Below, piece after piece: positions 62,860 through 64,000 of a stretch of DNA of 64,000 nucleotides. A program made the position numbers and the translations under genes. Within the stretch, counting starts at the first letter, position 1. The number at the start of each line of letters is the position of its first letter. A model generated the notes under the pieces. The model made no database searches and was not told the origin of the DNA. It was given only the letters and a program-made list of their open reading frames with translations. This DNA comes from Anthoceros angustus (lineage: Eukaryota > Plantae > Anthocerotophyta), in NCBI GenBank assembly GCA_010909165.1, contig MU008165.1, positions 1,302,001 through 1,366,000 on the forward strand, written 5' to 3'.

Positions 62860-64000
62860 ATTGCTCACTATAGGCTCCTCGCCTAGGGCCCTGCCTAGGG
62901 CCGCCTCCGCTGATTGTGTCTTCCTTCGCTATGCATTATCACATCTCGGGCCTGGGACAAAGTCAAGGAGGCCTTTGAGATATTCTTCCGAGCTGCCAGG
63001 GCTTGAAGGTCAAGATGTCCAAGTGTGCTCGTCTCGCTGGGATCCCGCCACTGCAGCTTCTCGGGGAGATTGCTCCTCTTGGTCTCATGGATTCTGGGGT
63101 CCCTTGGTTCCCCGACTTCATTGGGAGCTTCGACAAGGCCCTTGCAGGACCTCTCCCATATTGAAGACCTCCCTTTGCCGGAGGATGCCTGTGGCCTTTG
63201 GAATCCTTTCCTTCGCTTTGCTAGGCGCCTGGTACCTTATCCGTGGCCGCCTCCGCCTCCGGCCCTTTTGTCCCGGCCGGGTTTGATACGAAGATTATGG
63301 ATACTCTTGGGGACATCTTGGGCCTGGGGCTTTTGAGTGCCCTGGGCGACTGCCCACTGCAAGCATCCCCGCCTGCAATTTGGAGGCGAGGATCGCCTCA
63401 TCGAGGTCTCTTCCCGGCTTTGGGAGTTGGGCCCTCTCGCCCGCCTTTGGCTTCCTGCTTCATCCTCCATGACAAGCCCTTTCTCGAGGATCTCGATCAA
63501 GTGTGGAGGAGGGAACCTTCTCTCCAATCGCCCTTGAGAGTGCCGAGACATGTTATCAGATGCTCAAGGACTTCCTCCTTTCTACATTTATCATCGATGG
63601 CTTTAGGGATTGCATCTCGCCGAGAAGCGCCGCCGCCATTCTCCAGACCCTCCATCTCTGTGTCCACGCCTTTTGTTCTCGGGAAGGAGCAGTGTTTGGC
63701 TACCGCCCGCCCATGCATACGGGATTTCACATCGCACCAACCACCTTCACTATCGCGATGCGATTCCGCCTACTCCACCGTGGCTTCTTCGCCTCACTTG
63801 TGAGTGCGGCTCGCCTTGACGCCTCGTGTCCACCTTGCTCGTTGTCCCCACGGGGTCATCGATTGCCACCACGACGCCATCCGTGACGCCATGTTTGCCA
63901 TTGCTCGCGAAAGTGGCTATATGGCCCGGAGGAGCGGAGTATACTCTTCTGTGTCGCTCAATCGTATGACTTATACCTTGTCCGTGGCGACCGTTGTGGT
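62860..64000 (+). mobile_element. 5'-truncated non-LTR retrotransposon with a restriction-like endonuclease (CRE/R2-group); its first ~150 nt are also at 59760-59915
   Basis: RT tail (..WDKVKEAFEIF..GLKVKMSK), TFTIAMRFRL, and the zinc knuckle/RLE entry HLARCPHG.HR..HDAIRDAMFAIARESGYMARR. Frameshifted and continues off the right edge. Confidence 0.65.

Overview
Gene-dense eukaryotic nuclear DNA from a land plant. Short (~80-130 nt) GT-AG introns, ~50% GC genes and PLS-type PPR repeats suggest a non-seed plant such as a hornwort or lycophyte; this is inference only. Genes in order: NUA/TPR nucleoporin (-, runs off the left edge), a decayed 5' copy of MNS4, a frameshifted PLS-PPR (-), MNS4 alpha-mannosidase (+), an LBD transcription factor (+), TIM50 (+), a decayed copy of part of the UBP gene (-), makorin E3 ligase (+), and a zf-MYND ubiquitin protease ending in a SEC-C-like motif (-). 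An AT-rich island (~33.3-37.8 kb) follows, holding an intronless Ser/Thr kinase (-) directly abutted by seven ~229-bp tandem repeats. Then come retroelement-like DNA, CBSX3 (+), TOP6B (+) and PHO1 (-). From ~52 kb on the window is a mosaic of indel-rich duplicates (PHO1 5' half, a LINE piece, CBSX3) and TE remnants (Ty3/gypsy pol, L1-like LINE, SWIM fragment, RLE-type CRE-like non-LTR element), joined at short microhomologies; much of this may be uncorrected long-read or assembly error. Best candidate for something new: the repeat array may be protein-coding, giving one ORF of ~7 tandem ~76-80-aa (possibly ubiquitin-fold) domains fused to the kinase, now broken by homopolymer indels. All translations and alignments were done by eye; exon and element boundaries are approximate.
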